Positions 12,136 to 26,260 of a stretch of 64,000 nt of DNA are shown here, piece by piece; within the stretch, counting starts at the first letter, position 1, and every line of letters starts with the position of its first letter. The position numbers and the translations under genes were made by a program. The notes under the pieces are model-generated. The model had not been told where the DNA came from. It was given only the letters and a program-made list of their open reading frames with translations, and made no database searches. The stretch is from Camelus ferus (Eukaryota): contig NC_045696.1 of the NCBI RefSeq assembly GCF_009834535.1, positions 96,288,001-96,352,000 on the forward strand, in the 5' to 3' direction.

Positions 12136-15100
12136 GACAGCACCTTTCTCCCCTAGCCATGCTTCTTGGCTCCCGGAGCCCAGACCCACAACACGCACAT
12201 CCCCCACGGTAACCATCACGCTGCAGCGGGGAGCAAAGAGCAAACACCTTCTGGGAAGTCCACTTCGTCTGTGCCAGCCGTTACTTGACTTCTGAGGCTC
12301 GGGTCCCTCACACACAGAAAGAATAAAACCTATATTGCAAGCACGTTATAATGATTACAAATAGTGTCTGTAAAGTTCCCAGGACAACGCATACAATAAT
12401 TAATCGAGACTGGCTAGTGAGAACTGTAGTCCACGCCAGCCGAGGCATCCTATTAATAGTCTACACTCACTGGTCACTTACTGCACGGCGGGCACTACTC
12501 TAAACGCTGTAGAAGTACTGACTCATTTCATCCTTAGGAGGTACTGACAACTACTTCCATTTTACAGGCAAGAAGCAGCAAAATTCATAGTAATGAGGAG
12601 TCCTTCCACGGCTCCCCATTGTCCCCCACTCTAGCAAACAGGCCTCCCCACAGCCTGTCATCACGGCCCCACTGGTGACTGATGCACCAGATGAAAATAA
12701 ACCGGGCAGCTCCGCCAGCCAGCCTGCCCAATGACCCTGTTTCTCTGCAGACACCATTCTTCTGCCGGAAATGCCACTCCCTGTGCAACAGACATCCAAC
12801 TCTGTCCTCCTGGGAAATGTTGCTTTTTCCAGAACTATACTCAAACAGCACTTCCTCTGTGATCTCCCTGGGCTTCCCCAGCTCCGTGGGGCCCCCTCTG
12901 CCTTTCACTCACTTCACTGCTAGCTCTTCCTTTCTTCTCTAATATTGGATTGTCTGGCTGTGTGCCCCTATCCCCTCCGACTTGTGAACCCCGAGGGGGC
13001 AGTGATGACATTCTCCCCCTCTGTCTCCAGCGACCAGCATGAAGCCCAGCCCAGGCTTCAGGGCCTAGTTTGGACACACGTGCTGAGGGGCTCTGCGCCC
13101 ACCTGCACAGCGGTGTCCTCATCTGTGAAGTGGAAATAAACTCTCTCTCTCACAGAGCTTCTGAATAATAAATCAGAGAATGGACAGAGTAAACACAGGG
13201 CCTAGCAAGTGTTCACTAAAATATGGGGGGTACCATGGTGCACCACTGCCATCCTGGGAGACCTGGGGAGGGACCAGCAATCCTCACACAAGCCAACAGG
13301 AAACACCTTCTTAGGGTCCAACAGTAAAAGGAGGAAGAAGCACCCCCTCCCCAGGCAGAAAAGCTCATTTTCACAACACGTGTCAGGAGCCGATTCAAGC
13401 TAGGACTGTCCGGAGGATGGAAACCCCGCTCGCTGCATAGGGGGATGCTGTACCACTCAAGGAACACTGCCACAGTGATGGCAAGAATGGCAGCAATACT
13501 GCAGCCACACAACAGACTCATGTAACTCGTTAACTCAGCAACAGTAAGACTCCTCCTTATTGTAAGGAAAATTCCTGCAGATAAATGTACAAGGCTCTGT
13601 GCTATTTACTATAAAGCCCCAGTTTCCAGTCTGTTCGAAGAGTTTAATTACGTAACTCTGTGTAAGTTTTACTCTTATATTTTTAAGTATTAGCTAGTGC
13701 ATTTTAAATGCTTTTCTCTGGTGAGCTCAAAACATTGAAGACAACTAAATATCCTTGTTTTAAAAATGAAACTTCGTTCAATTCCAAAAATTACTGGAAC
13801 CCAAATACGTATTATGCCTGGTGTTCCTTCCCTCGAGTCTGGTCCACTCACCTATTAGAAGGCATTTTCTAAGCATCATGTTCACCGTAACCACCTTTTT
13901 AGGTCTCATGCAAGACGGAGAATTACAATCTCTTCTTCCAAGCTTCCCTAATTCACCTCTATTTAAAAACCTCTGCTGTGATGTTAGGATGTGTCCAGGT
14001 CAAATAATTCTTTGACGCCCCCTCCCGAAATCACACGTCAAACCTCACCCAGAAAGCCAAGGCCCCTCCTGCTCCTCTCCCCTTTGGGTACACACTGCAC
14101 GGGGTACGTCCCTGCCTGGTGCAGGCTCCCCAGGGCAGCAACTCACTGAATCCACATCTTAGATCTGTAACTCTCTGCATAGTGACAGTGAGGATCTCTG
14201 TGTTGCTACGTTTAAAGAATTTACACAACAGGCCTGCTCCCTTGTTGCCGTTAGCCCACTTAACTTGAGGAAAAACTCTCTTCAATAAAACCAAGCAGCA
14301 GTGCTTAACACCTCTGTTCCAACACTGAATGTAGGAACTGAAAACAAAACATACGTTTCTATTACAAAGGAATAAAGGCCATTTCTACTGAACACACTTT
14401 ATAAATCCTAAGAACAATCATCAAGTCAACGGAGGCCATAAAACCAACGCCAGAAAAGGGTGACACTCGCTAGTCAATCTTGCCCCAAACGTGCCGAACG
14501 ATTCTTTTCACTATCAAAGCCAGAACATAGAATCTATTACTGCAAGTTAATCTTCTGAAGTGTATGCAGTTTAATCCAATCCAACACATATATATGTGTG
14601 TGCTTGCTTGGCTGTATAGCTTGCTTGGAGTGTGAAACTTGCCGCATTATGCCTGTGTCTACACAGCCAAATGCTTCCAAACGCACTGTGTAATTTGCTA
14701 AAGGAAGCTGAAGGAGGTGCTAAAGACAAAGTAGAGCGATATCAGGTGGAGCAGTGATAGCAAACCAAGATCAGATATTTGAAACTGGGTGCTCTTTTCA
14801 TATAGTATAAATAGTGCACTACATTTGCATTTTTAAAACACAGATAAGAATATAGAAAGAGCAATTGGATAGTTATCTAGTTAAATTGCCTATTAATTAA
14901 TTACAGAATAAAACAGTAACTTTGCGGTGGAGAAATCCGCATCACATTGCTCAAAAGATCAAAGTTCTCACAGCCGGTCCTAGGACAAGGCGATGGGAGG
15001 TACTGAGATGCTCTCAGCGGCACTTCAGCGATCCTCCCACCAAAAGTGCAAAACTGAAAAACTGAATCTGTTCTAAGCCCCTGGACAAACACAAATCAAG

Positions 15101-16177
15101 GGATATTCTAACAAAATAACCCTGTCCCTTTCAAAAATGTCAGGGCCAAAAACAAGAAAGGCTGAAGAACATGACAAAGGCCACATGGCCTGTGGATTGG
15201 ATCAAGGCTGAGAAGACCCAAGTGCGGAGAGAGGAAGGACTTTGCTGTCAATCACCCAGCCACGTAGCAGCAGCGCTGGGATGAATACAGCCCAAAGATT
15301 CAGTGAGTTTACAAAGTCTCTCTCCGAGATGCTGGACCTAAGTGGTTAGGGGGGATCTCCTTAAATTCATGCATTTTAAAAATACTTTTGGCCTAAAGCA
15401 TTTTTTAGGTCAAAGCTTTTAAACTCTACTGTGAGAAAAGCACAGTAGGCACTTGATATTCATGGCTTTAATGTTCACACATTTTAATGCATACGAATAA
15501 CCATAAAGATCATGTAATACTTTGTAAATAAACTGAATCGAAAACAGACTCATATGTGTTGTGTGGTTTATGAAAGAAGAGGAAATACAGCTGGTGGGTG
15601 AACCTAATCAAACACCCACAGAATAGCGGGTATGCAAATAACAGAAATTTTAGCTGGCGGGGGGAGGGGGTTAGGAAACAATCCTCCCCCCAAAGCAACT
15701 GGTCACACTGGTAAGAAAATTAATAGGAGAAGTAACAAATCCAAAAAGAAGTCCGTGATGTTCTGAGTAGAACATGGGAGCCAGGCTTCCCTCCATTCAC
15801 AGAGGAAATTACGTGGTCCTGGTCAACACCTTTACATCCCGGACTCCTAGAAACTCTAGCTACACATTCTTCACAATGATGATCAGACCTTCATTTGTCC
15901 TAAAGCTGCTTTACATTTCATTTGGTAGAATCATCCCTGCATGATCACCTTTTTTTTTGCCTTTCTGTGACAGTTAAAATCAGATTAAACTGAACATCAA
16001 GGAAAACATGAACAGAAACAAGTTATCAGAAAACATGAGCAGCAGCTGAGGAACAGAGGAGTCTCTCTCCACTGCAGCCAGTGATGCTGGTGCTTCCAAG
16101 GACCATGAACTGGGGGAAATTAGAGGGGGGAAAAAAGCATGTGTGCATCTGCACACACACAAATGCTTCAAGACTAA

Positions 16178-17060
16178 TTATTCACTTATTTATGAAAAAA
16201 TGACTGAGCATCTGTATGCATGGAGACCCAGCAAGGAACAAACCTGACAAAATTTCTCACAAAGACACACTGTAGTGGAGAGTCAGCAGAGATAGGTGAT
16301 CAATAAAGTAAAATATAGCATGAGAGGCATTAAGAGCTAAGAAGAAAAGTGAAGCAGGACAGGCAGACGGGGCGCCAGGGAGATGGTGTTTTGGCTGGAA
16401 TGGTCCGAGAATGCTTCTCTGAGGAAGTGCCCTCTGAGCCAAGCTGGCAGTGGGGGACGGCGAGGCCGGGGAACATCGGAGGGTGGGGGGGACAGTGGTA
16501 CCCCCGGTCAACGCCTGAGGTGGAAACTGCGCACAGGCCACTGGTGGCAGCAGAGGTACCGGTCCGAGTGAGACAGGCAGCTGTGAGAGGGTGCCGCGCA
16601 CAGGCGTGCGGCCTGATTTCTGTCTCAGCGGGATCTATGAAGTAGAAAGTCATCGTTAGGGGAGCAAGAGAAGAAACAAGACCAGCTAGAGGCCCTGCAA
16701 TAAACAGCGCAGGCAAAGTGGTGGTGGCGGTGGTGGTGGTGCTCTGGGGCCAGAGGAGTGACAGCGCAAGGAAGAACACGCTGTCGGATTCTGACTGTAT
16801 TCCGAAAGTAAAGCTGGCAAGATTCCTGAGAGAGTGAATGCAGAGTTGTGAGAGAAAGATCAAAGTCCAGGGTGACAATATGGTTTTTACCTTCACCTAC
16901 CCAATGACTCCGTGTAACATTTACTAAGGAGAAGTCTGAGGAAGGAGCAAGTTTAGAGCTGGTGAGAAATCAAGACTTTGATTTGATATACGTTAGGGTT
17001 CAGCCTAGTCATCATCAAAGTAGAGGTGGCTAGTTAAGCGACTAGATATCCAGGTTGTGG
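16178..17060 (-). mobile_element. L2 fragment(s)
   Basis: Begins ttattcacttattt..actgagcatct (reverse L2 3' end); ctctgaggaagtg..ctgagcc; gagaaatcaagactttgattt. Confidence 0.7.
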
Positions 17061-17160
17061 GGAGAAGTATTAATAAATGCAATGGACATATGTGTAGAGA
17101 AAGACAGCTAGCTAGCAAGACAGATAGCTGGATACACAGATAGCAAGAATGCATATATGT

Positions 17161-17350
17161 GGGGGGAGGGTAGAGCTCAACTGGTAGAGTGTGTGCTCAG
17201 CATGCACAAGGTCCTGCCTGGGTTCCATCCCCAGTACCTCCATTAAATAAATAAACCTAATTACCATCCCCCTCAAAAAAACTCAATAAACAAATAAATA
17301 GATTAGATAGATTAGACAAATAGACAGACAGAAAACCCTATTTTTAAAAA
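17161..17350 (+). mobile_element. tRNA-derived SINE (vic-1-like) with target-site duplication
   Basis: ggggagggtagagctcaactggtagag...catgcacaagg...gggttccatccccagtacctcc. TSD aagaatgcatatatgt (17145-17160) / aagaattgcacatatgt (17351-17367). Confidence 0.88.
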
Positions 17351-18139
17351 AAGAATTGCACATATGTGTTTGTGTATGATGTAGGAAAGTTCAAGAAGGA
17401 AAACATGGAGAACGGAGAAAAGAAACTTAAACACTGTATTTTACCTACTTCAGCACCATTTGAAGATATTGTAATGAGAAGGTACTATTTTAGTAATAAA
17501 AACGGGCATTCTTCTTGTTTCCCCCCATAACATAATAAGCTGGTGAAAAAACATTAGATGTAGACTTAACAAAAGACTCCTATGAAAACGACACTCAGAG
17601 ACAATCATTGTTAACTTTGTCAATTATTTCCTCACATTTTTTTCTTGATATGTACATACATACACTACACAGTGTTATTTTAAGTATCGTTCACTTTTGC
17701 TTATTTGTTTTAACACACATGAGGTAACGCTGACCTCAAAGTGGGCAGTCATGGAATTAGGCCATTTTTTTGTTTTGAATTTAAGTCTTCATGCTTTTCA
17801 AGTGGGCTCCACCCTCCAGTCCACTAAGGCCCCCAACCTGTGCCCAAGCCCTTCACCCGACTCACTTATCTAGGATGCCGTCTGGATCTGAGGACATCTG
17901 TACTTTCTGACCCTGCCTCTCAGAGCTCTGTAGTTGAGGGGTCTTCCTTAAAAAATCATGTTTCTATTTCATAAAGAATTATTTGTAAAACCTAATCTTT
18001 AAGTGGACATCTTCATAAATAATTCTCTGTGCACATCTCTCCTGTAGCATCAAAACTTTTATAAACAATGTTTTAGCACCACCTCAAGGAGTCACTGTCT
18101 AGTCACCAAACAGCAAAGACTGACTGAAAATAGTTTCCT

Positions 18140-18860
18140 TCAGTTCATTCAATGAATATCTACCACAAGCCAGTGCATGTGTGTGTCTGTGTTTCTGTGT
18201 GTGTATGGGGGTGGTGACAGACACAAAATCTTAAAGGATAATTTCAGACAGAGAAATGTGCTGTGAATAAAGTAACAACACATGAGAACATAACTGGGAG
18301 GAAGGTGAGAAAGAGATGAAATGCTATCTAGTATTTAGTGAGGTGGCCAGAGAGAACCTCCAGGGGAAATGACCCTTGCGCCAAAGTCTCAGTGAAGAGT
18401 GGGAAGCGGGCAAACACCCCAGGGAAGAGCAACCTGGGTACAGGGAGGAGGAAACGCAGAGCGCCGAGAAAGGGAGCTGTGTGGCACTTAGAGGACAGGA
18501 GGGAGGCTGTGTGGCTGGAACACTGCAGGAAGAGGGCGCAGATCGCGGACGGCGCCGAGGGCCACGGGAAAGAATCTGGATCTTTACTCTAAGTGTCATG
18601 AGAAACTACCATAAAGTTGTAACCAGGGACACGATATGATCTGGTGGAGGCTGGAGGATCAGCACAGCAGTTGTGGGGAGACTAGAACAGAATGTGAGGA
18701 GCAAAAAAAAGGGCAGGAAGGCCAGTTAGGAGGCTGCCACCGTAGCCGAGCCAAGAGATGAGCGGGGCTTGAAGCAGCATTTCAGCAACTGCAGTGGTGA
18801 AAGGTGTGCAGACCGGAGCATTCTGGAGGGCAGAGCAACAGGACTTGCTGATGGAATCCG
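18140..18860 (-). mobile_element. L2 fragment
   Basis: ttcattcaatgaatat start; tggatctttactctaagtgtcatgagaa; gccagttaggaggctg; caggacttgctgatgga. Confidence 0.75.
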
Positions 18861-19020
18861 GGATCTGCCCCTGGGTGAGCAGGACCAGCCCCCCACCCAC
18901 TCCACGGGCGACCCCTGGCCTTCTCAGGACTCACCTCGCCACTGTGTACCGCAGGCACAGGAAACAATTACTCACAGAATCACTGGTGAAATGTAAGACA
19001 TATCATACTGTCTCACTTAC

Positions 19021-19180
19021 CCAAATTGGGATCAGTACTCTGACGTTTCTTAATTTTCGCTTCAGAAATAGCAGAGTAATAGGCACAAGTCATCTTGATC
19101 AGCCACGCTGCTCGAACCATTGGCACTGAATACTTAGCTAAATATGCAAAAACATCTTCTTTTTTACTAAAGATGGGGAC
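19021..19180 (-). CDS. MED12L: MED12L coding exon 4 (aa 133-185, [53 protein letters not shown] + 1 nt)
   Basis: Translated by hand. Acceptor ttctttttag|GTC, donor TTGG|gtaagt; 160 nt, ends phase 1; Med12-domain VP..RA.WLIK motif. Confidence 0.96.
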
Positions 19181-21659
19181 CTAAAAAGAAATAACATATT
19201 TTTAATCATCACAGATTATGTCTGTCGCTAGGCAAGAAAAGGGAAGCAAAAGAAAGAGACTGAGTTCCTGCCGGCTATAACAAAGTATACCCTGAATGGG
19301 TTTTCAAACAGCACATGCAGTTTGAAAAAATATATATATATAAGCAAATTGTAAGAGAAAAGAATCAAACTATGTTTAGCACGTTGGCAACACAGTTTTA
19401 TCAGTTGTGCTCTCTTACTTATGAAAACAAATTATTTTCAAATTCTCAGATGCCTAAAGCCACTCATCATATCAACAAAATAGGGAAAATAATTTCCTGA
19501 CAGTCCTCCAAGGAATTTATCTCAAAATTGGAAGGGACAGATCAAGTGAAAAGCTATCACTACTCTGCACTTTATCGAAGAACACTTTTGTATAAAGTTT
19601 TTCAACTGTAATATTTCATAAGAATGACAATTTCCAGAAAGCTTCTAAAAGTGCCCTTAGCCCAAAATTTAAAATAGAGGCTAAAGGGATGAATCAGTGG
19701 ATCTGCCTAATAAGCACTGAGCTGGAAATAGCTGGATAATTAATTCACTAGTTGAAAGTAGGCACTTGGGGCAGTTAATTATTTCTTCCAGACCACAAAG
19801 ATACTATTTAGCAAATTAGTATCCCAATGAACTGCTGAATGGCTTGAAAGAGTTAATCCACTCTTCTAGAATTCCTCATAAATATCCTAGGAATAGCCCA
19901 TTCATCTAAATATGATCTATCCAATTTATCAATACAGAGTAACACAGTGGATAAAGAGTATGTTGGCTGCAAGGCAGCAGGATGGAAAAAGTGAGACAGA
20001 GAAGTGGGCATGCCCCCACACCCATGATGAGCACCCCTGTGTACCGTTCCTGGCCCCCACCTATATGGTTAAATCCATCACTCCCAGACTCTTTATCAAT
20101 GTGACAATACCAACCCTGTCCGCCGCCCAGGAGGGTTAGAAGGATAAAGCAAAAGAATTTCATGTATCAAAATTATAACAACTTTCAGTTTGTTCCCAGT
20201 TCCAAGGATTTTTCCATGCCCCCGCCAAGGTGTTTCCAAGCCATGGACCTAACCTTCTCTTCTATGAGGATCCTGGAAACCACAACCACGGACATGACTA
20301 GCCCGGTCTCTATGCCCCAAACTCTTGCTTGATTTTGTGTTGAAAATCAAAGCTTCAAACCAGTGAACTGATTGATATAGCACGGCATTTTTCTCTTAGT
20401 CAAGTCCGCATTTAGACAGTGAATTTTTTGCATTATACATATGGTACAAATCTGAGTATTCACAATCTTGGTACAAAGTGTGATTCTAGAATTAAAAAGT
20501 ACGTGTTTTCTGTACACAGCCCTCCCTTTAAAACAAGTTATTTCACGTGGTTCTTCCAAAAGAAACATCAAGCTGTTTGAATGATGAGGAAAGCTGCCTA
20601 GTTGGGCAGGAGATGCGGTGTGTCCATATCCTGTATTTCACGGGCAATTGAATAGACTTCTGACTGTGTACAGTTCCCGCCTTGCTTGCTGACTTTAGAA
20701 TGTAACCCTCAGGACAGAGGCAACTACACTGCATGCACAGAACTCCAGGGGAGGCTAAAGACGCAGGGCTTCCTTTCTGCAGGCCACAGCGACACAACCT
20801 AACAAGAAAATGTCCTGAAATTTTGGCTCACAAGGCACATCCTTCATGGAGCACAAGGCTCTGAGTTTACTGTTGTCGAGGCCAGGGACAAGAAAGCCAC
20901 AGACTTATACATTCAGTTCACGACCAGAGCTGCTGTTTCTCACCAGTACATATAGTACGGTATCAGGGAGTCAGACTTCAGCTGTCAGGGTCAGGTTCCC
21001 TCTCATTCAGATGTACCAGAAGACTATATATAAGATCAAGGTCTAAAAAATAGGCAAATGCAAAAAGTAAAGTTGGCGTCTCCAAAGAAACATTACTAAC
21101 AGCACCTTTATGGATGCCTAAAGGATTTCTCTGGAACAGTAACTGACAAGAAGGGGGTTAAGGGGGAAGGGATGTTCTCAACACGTGAAACGTTTAGATG
21201 AAATAGCAAACAAAACTGAATCTTATATTAACAGAACAAGGCCACCCTCTCACTCACTGCCCCGACTGGCAGAACCCTTAGAGAAATGGTTGACTGAAAT
21301 GAAGGGCTTTAGAATTCAGGAGAACATATGTGAAGAAAAGTTACTTAATTAAGGAAGAAGACACATTTTGATGGCTTTGTCAAATTTACAGTTTGGGCCA
21401 ACTCAGGAAGGAAAACATGTTTACACTGACTCAAGTATGACTTCCCACTGTGATGGATCCCATTTTCAGCCAAGAAACCATCTGATTTCAACTTGTAGCT
21501 GAACTTAGGCAATCCCTGGGCAGCTGTTTGGTTTCTAAATCAAGCTGGAAGTGCATCTAAGTACCAAAAGAAAACTAAGACACCTAGCACGTGATGGTTT
21601 TCCATCACAAACGGGCTGCCCTGGTACTGCCTCTCCCCTCACATGCTGGTTGCCGTCTG

Positions 21660-22500
21660 CATCCTCTGTTTGCTAGGCAGTGGTAGAGGCGGACGGGAAC
21701 TCTGGAGACCACAGAAATCCAAGTTGCCTGAAGTGAACACATCACCCCTGGTGAACTGCTCAAGACCTAGAAGGACATCCCTTCCAGCAAGAAGTCCCCT
21801 TTCCCAAATCTAGCTATGACCGTGATTGAATTAAAAGGCCTTTTACAGGTCACTGTTGACCCCTCTCTGTGGCTGAATACTTGGAGATCTGTGGAGCTTT
21901 ATAGTAACAGAAAACCAGGTCCGGAAATCTGATCCATCCCATTTGGGAAACTGTTTTGAACTCTACATCAGAGCTGGAAGATGACTCAGGATCTGAGCAG
22001 GAAAACGAAGGTCTTCTGTATTAAGCCATCTCACAGATGAATACCAGAAATTAAAGAAGTATTTCAACTTTCCAATAGGAAGAACATGCAGAGAATGCAA
22101 CCTTTTACCAGACTCTGAAAGAGCGTTCACCATCTCAAGAAGATGAAATGATGAGGAAAGGATGGGAAGGAATGACTCTTGAAATGCCCAAGAAATGAAT
22201 ACTTCAAGGTGTATTCAAATGGTTTTACAAAGATGACATCTTCAACTTTGCCAAGAATGAATGTCAGGCTTACCTGAGGGACACCTGACTTGGCCAGAGG
22301 CAGCTCCTAATAAAGAGAGAAGAACAATGGCTAACACACTGCACCAAAGTCCACCTCCCTCCTAACAGACAGAGACCATTACACCCCTAAATCAAGGGCA
22401 TCAATCCCTCGCTAGTTCACTTTCAGGAAATACCCCCAAAAATGCATTCTAAAAGCTTATTAATTAAAAAAGAAAGAAAGAAAGAAAAATCTAAAAAGAA
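21660..22500 (+). pseudogene. Possible highly decayed processed pseudogene of unknown parent
   Basis: No recognisable repeat motifs; purine-rich, mRNA-like composition; ends in ATTAAA plus an A/GAAA tail (22463-22500). All frames are interrupted by stops, so support is weak. Confidence 0.3.
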
Positions 22501-23753
22501 AGATGTCAGGCTGGCGACCTGGGAGTTGCAGGTACTAACCAACATGGAGTGTATGAACTATTGGTAGAAAGCCACTGAATTTTGAAGGTCGGCCTTTGAC
22601 TTCTATGGCCTTCAGATACAATTCACAGGCCACCGCGGGCCCACGTGGTAAAGGTTCACCACTGGAAAAGAAATGCTGTGCGGGTCAGCCTGTGTGGAGA
22701 GAGAGGCACTACCTGAGTAGCAAGAGAGGGTTAAGCTGATTGTCGTGCTTTCCAAGGATTTCAGCTGCCTTCTACCACTTAAAATCTATGAAAAGCAACA
22801 CAATGCTCTGACACTAGGGCAAAATAAAGCCAACGGGAGCCACAGGCATTGTTTGCAAAGAGCTGCTTTAGAAAACAAACACATAAAATCACACAGGAAC
22901 GCTCTCCTCCAAACTCGGCCTGCACCAAACCATTCGTGAAAACAGTATGAAGAACAGAAGAGGGGCTCCCCTAAAACTAAAGAAAGGGTTTTAGGGGAGA
23001 TGAGAAAGACCTGGGGGATTATCTGAAAGGTGTGCAAGAAGTCAGAGATCAAGACTAAGAAGGAAGTTTCTAGCTCTTAGCTAAATATCAAAAGACATTT
23101 CATATTATTGGGACTGTAAAACTGTTGAATCTGTGTAGTATTCCCACTCGAGGAAAATGATCAAAGGGAAAGATTTTAAAAGAACCCTCCCTCCCCTCCC
23201 CGCAGTCCCCTTCTCTCTCCACTCAAAAAAGCTAGGAGCTACAAGTAAGCCTGCTTGTTTTGTTCTGAAACTTCTTCAGAGACGTTTTTCCAGCACACAC
23301 AGAATCACTACCTTTATTTCACTTGTTGGGAAGGAGACTTAGTTTAAGAATTTGGATGGATACTTTTCAAGACAAGGAAATAACATTAAAGCAAGGATTT
23401 CTATTTAACACATTTTAGACATCCTGACCTAAGAAAACTGAAAATGGAACAGAAATAAGTGAAGTCTCATTGCCTCTTCTTGATTTTAAAAACTTGTCTA
23501 CCGAATATCCACATAAACAGCCTCATGTGCGGATTGTTTAGGTCTACAGGTCTACAGTCTGTCCCAGGCACCACATGGCGTCAAAATGAAGGGGGAAACA
23601 GCCTATGTGCAGTGCACACCTGGTGCAGGATACCTGTCACTGAGACTGAGGTTTGGAGAGAACTGGGGAAAAGAAATATATGCTTGAACATTATCTCAAA
23701 TATCTTCATTTCTATAAGGCCTCAATTAAAACAATGCAAGAGATACTTAATAC

Positions 23754-23945
23754 CTTTTTCGCCAAAATAGCAAGTGGTTTATTTCCTGCTAAGTCAGAGA
23801 ACCAACTATGAATCGCACTCTGGGATCGAGCAGTAACCAGCCAATAATTATCTTTAGCATTAACTTGTGGTTTCTTCTTTCCGGTGTCCTGGAAAGTGTT
23901 AAGCTTTAGTTTCTCAGCTAATATGCTGCTAAAATAAGCTCCAAT
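23754..23945 (-). CDS. MED12L: MED12L coding exon 3 (aa 69-132, [64 protein letters not shown])
   Basis: Within ORF 23712..23957. Acceptor ttgtttccacag|ATT, donor AAG|gtatta; 192 nt; start of the Med12 domain. Confidence 0.96.
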
Positions 23946-25789
23946 CTGTGGAAACAAGAGGAAAAAAGAAAAAAGTTTAAAGACAATAGGCAGGTATGTT
24001 AGTAAATATTAGTATTTTATTTCTGTTGTTTTAACTAAAAGTCTTTAAAGAGCCCATTGAAAAATAAATTGGGAATCTAAGTCCCTGAAGCCAAGAGTTG
24101 TGATTTCCTTACACTAATAAAGTGCAAAAACTCCCACAGTACCTTTGTTTCACTGCTAACGAGAACTTCAAGGAAAAAAGAAGAGCCTTTGAAAAAAATC
24201 TCTGTAAGATAAAATTAATTACATCCTGAATAAATTTCAAGAGATGGGGTTCTGCTTTAATCTTTAGCTGTACCTCTCCTTTTTCAGACTACACACCCAT
24301 TTGGAGAGAATCTTCCTCCAGAGAGGTGTTGCACACAAAAGCAGAGCCTGGTAATCACACAGCAATCATTCTTGTCTTGTCTCATCTTGATAGCACATAT
24401 TTTTGGAAAGGAAACTCTGTATTTACACTCAGTGCTTTAAAAAAAAAAAAAAAAAGAGCCTGGAGAAATCTAATTTATTTAAATGGCAAATTACAAAAGG
24501 TTCAATTAAATTAAGTATCAACATTTTTGACTGGGCTGCCAATTTCATGAGTGCAAGTGTTCCAAGAGAAAGCCAGCGCTGCTTGCTCTGAGTGGAGCAA
24601 AGTGGCAGAGGGAGCTTCTGTGAATGACCAGCGTTTTCACATTAACCAAATAAAAGGGAAGAGAAAGGGACAAGAAGGAAGCGGATATTGAGTGAGATCT
24701 AAATATGAAGTGAATCCACAGAAAACCTGCTGGAATTTCCAAGAATCCAATCAAAGCATCACATTTTGTCCCCTGGGAATTTCTTAATAATAGGAATGTG
24801 AACAACAATTTCTAATAAGTACCTTCAGTAAAGGGTAGCAGACAGTTGCAATCAAGATTAAAGCAAGATACCTACCCTGCTGAAGCAAAATAAGAATCAT
24901 GCCATGAGCATGAGTTAATGCTCATGAGTCAATAAACAATTAGTCTATAGGTTGGAACACAGTTGTAAGCAATTAACCAAGTTTATCTACCAGGGTGAAA
25001 AGCTGGTACAATTTTTTTTTTAATGTGAACTGGCATTCCTTGATCCTTGTAATTGATGTACAATAAAAAAAAAGTCTGTTTGCTGTGTTGATGTACTATG
25101 CTAATAAAGATTAGAGTAATTAGAAAAAAAGAAGTATGAGCTTTACTTTTTTTTAAACTTCATAGTATGTTTTTTTAAGCAAAGTTCGTAGAATGTCCAA
25201 ACAGAGAACAAATTAAATGCAAAAATTCAGCAAGAAACACTTATCTGAAAACAAGCAGCCAAGAGTAACAAATTGTTTACCTTTAAATTTCTCAATCAAT
25301 ATTTGGTCTTAACACCAAGGGCACAAGACACCTAAACTATGTAGACTGTTTTATATTTAGAAGTTCTCTTATTTGCAATTATGTAAGAGCATTTTCGTCA
25401 TAATAAACAAAGGTCTAAAAAAATTTTAAATTCCTCTGAGTACTATCAAAGAAGACTATCCACAGTGATCTGAAAAGATTATTCAATTAAATCAAGCCAA
25501 TCATTAAAGAGATTTGCAAAAATTGTTTTAAAAAAAGTCTGGGCAATCTCTTTTGCAATTATACTCTTTCCTATGTATTTAACAGCAGCAATGGAACACA
25601 GTGATATATATGTTTCACTTCCTAACACATCTTGTGAACAATTGCATAACTGTAAACAAAGTCAAAGTTTCCAAACAAGCAAGACCGGAGAAAATGCACA
25701 TTAGGACAAGAAAAAAATCAAAACATGAGAATACATTTTAACAACAATATATTCATCTTATTCCAAAATCAAAAAAGAGCCTCACCCCA

Positions 25790-26260
25790 AAATCTGAATG
25801 TCTACATCCAAGTAACCACTTTGATTAGTTTCTTATGTGTCTTTCCAGTGTTTCTTCGTGTGAGTACACATGAACAAACATGAATATATTATTTTTCTCT
25901 TTCTTACATGTATACCTTAGGTACATTTTGTTAATGTCTGAAAGCCTTCCACATTTGCATTTGCAGAGCATCCTCATTCATTTTTACAGACATAATAATG
26001 TACTGTGTGGATGTACCATATTTGATTTAATCAAGATCCTGTCAATGGACATTTGGAGTGTTTGTTTCGAACTTTTGCTATTACAAATGAGCTTAAAATG
26101 AATGGCCTTTCCTACTTATTTCATACATGTATAGCTATAGCTTTCGGATAAATTTCCAGAATTCAGACTGTATGATTCTGTCATTTTAATCAGCGTTGTC
26201 AAACTGCCCTCCAAAAGGTTTATGCCTATTTATACTCCCTCAGAGAAGGTATGAGAGATA
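25790..26260 (-). mobile_element. Old L1 (L1ME-like) fragment
   Basis: tgtgtggatgtaccata, atggacatttgg, ttttgctattacaaat, caaactgccctccaaaa are typical reverse-strand L1 3' motifs. Confidence 0.7.

Noticed and set aside
11750..12295. Keratin-associated/SPRR-like gene or CRISPR-like array
   Set aside because: ORFs arise from the 33-nt periodicity on both strands, with no promoter or splice support. Variable cores are only 8-11 nt and related to each other, the DNA is mammalian, and there are no cas genes.
17161..17240. tRNA genes at the SINE heads (also 3614, 27732, 28668, 58714)
   Set aside because: Broken stems and indels, plus A-rich tails and TSDs, mark them as SINEs.
21785..21850. Endogenous bornavirus-like nucleoprotein (FPNLA motif)
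   Set aside because: Only a five-residue match; flanking residues show no similarity.
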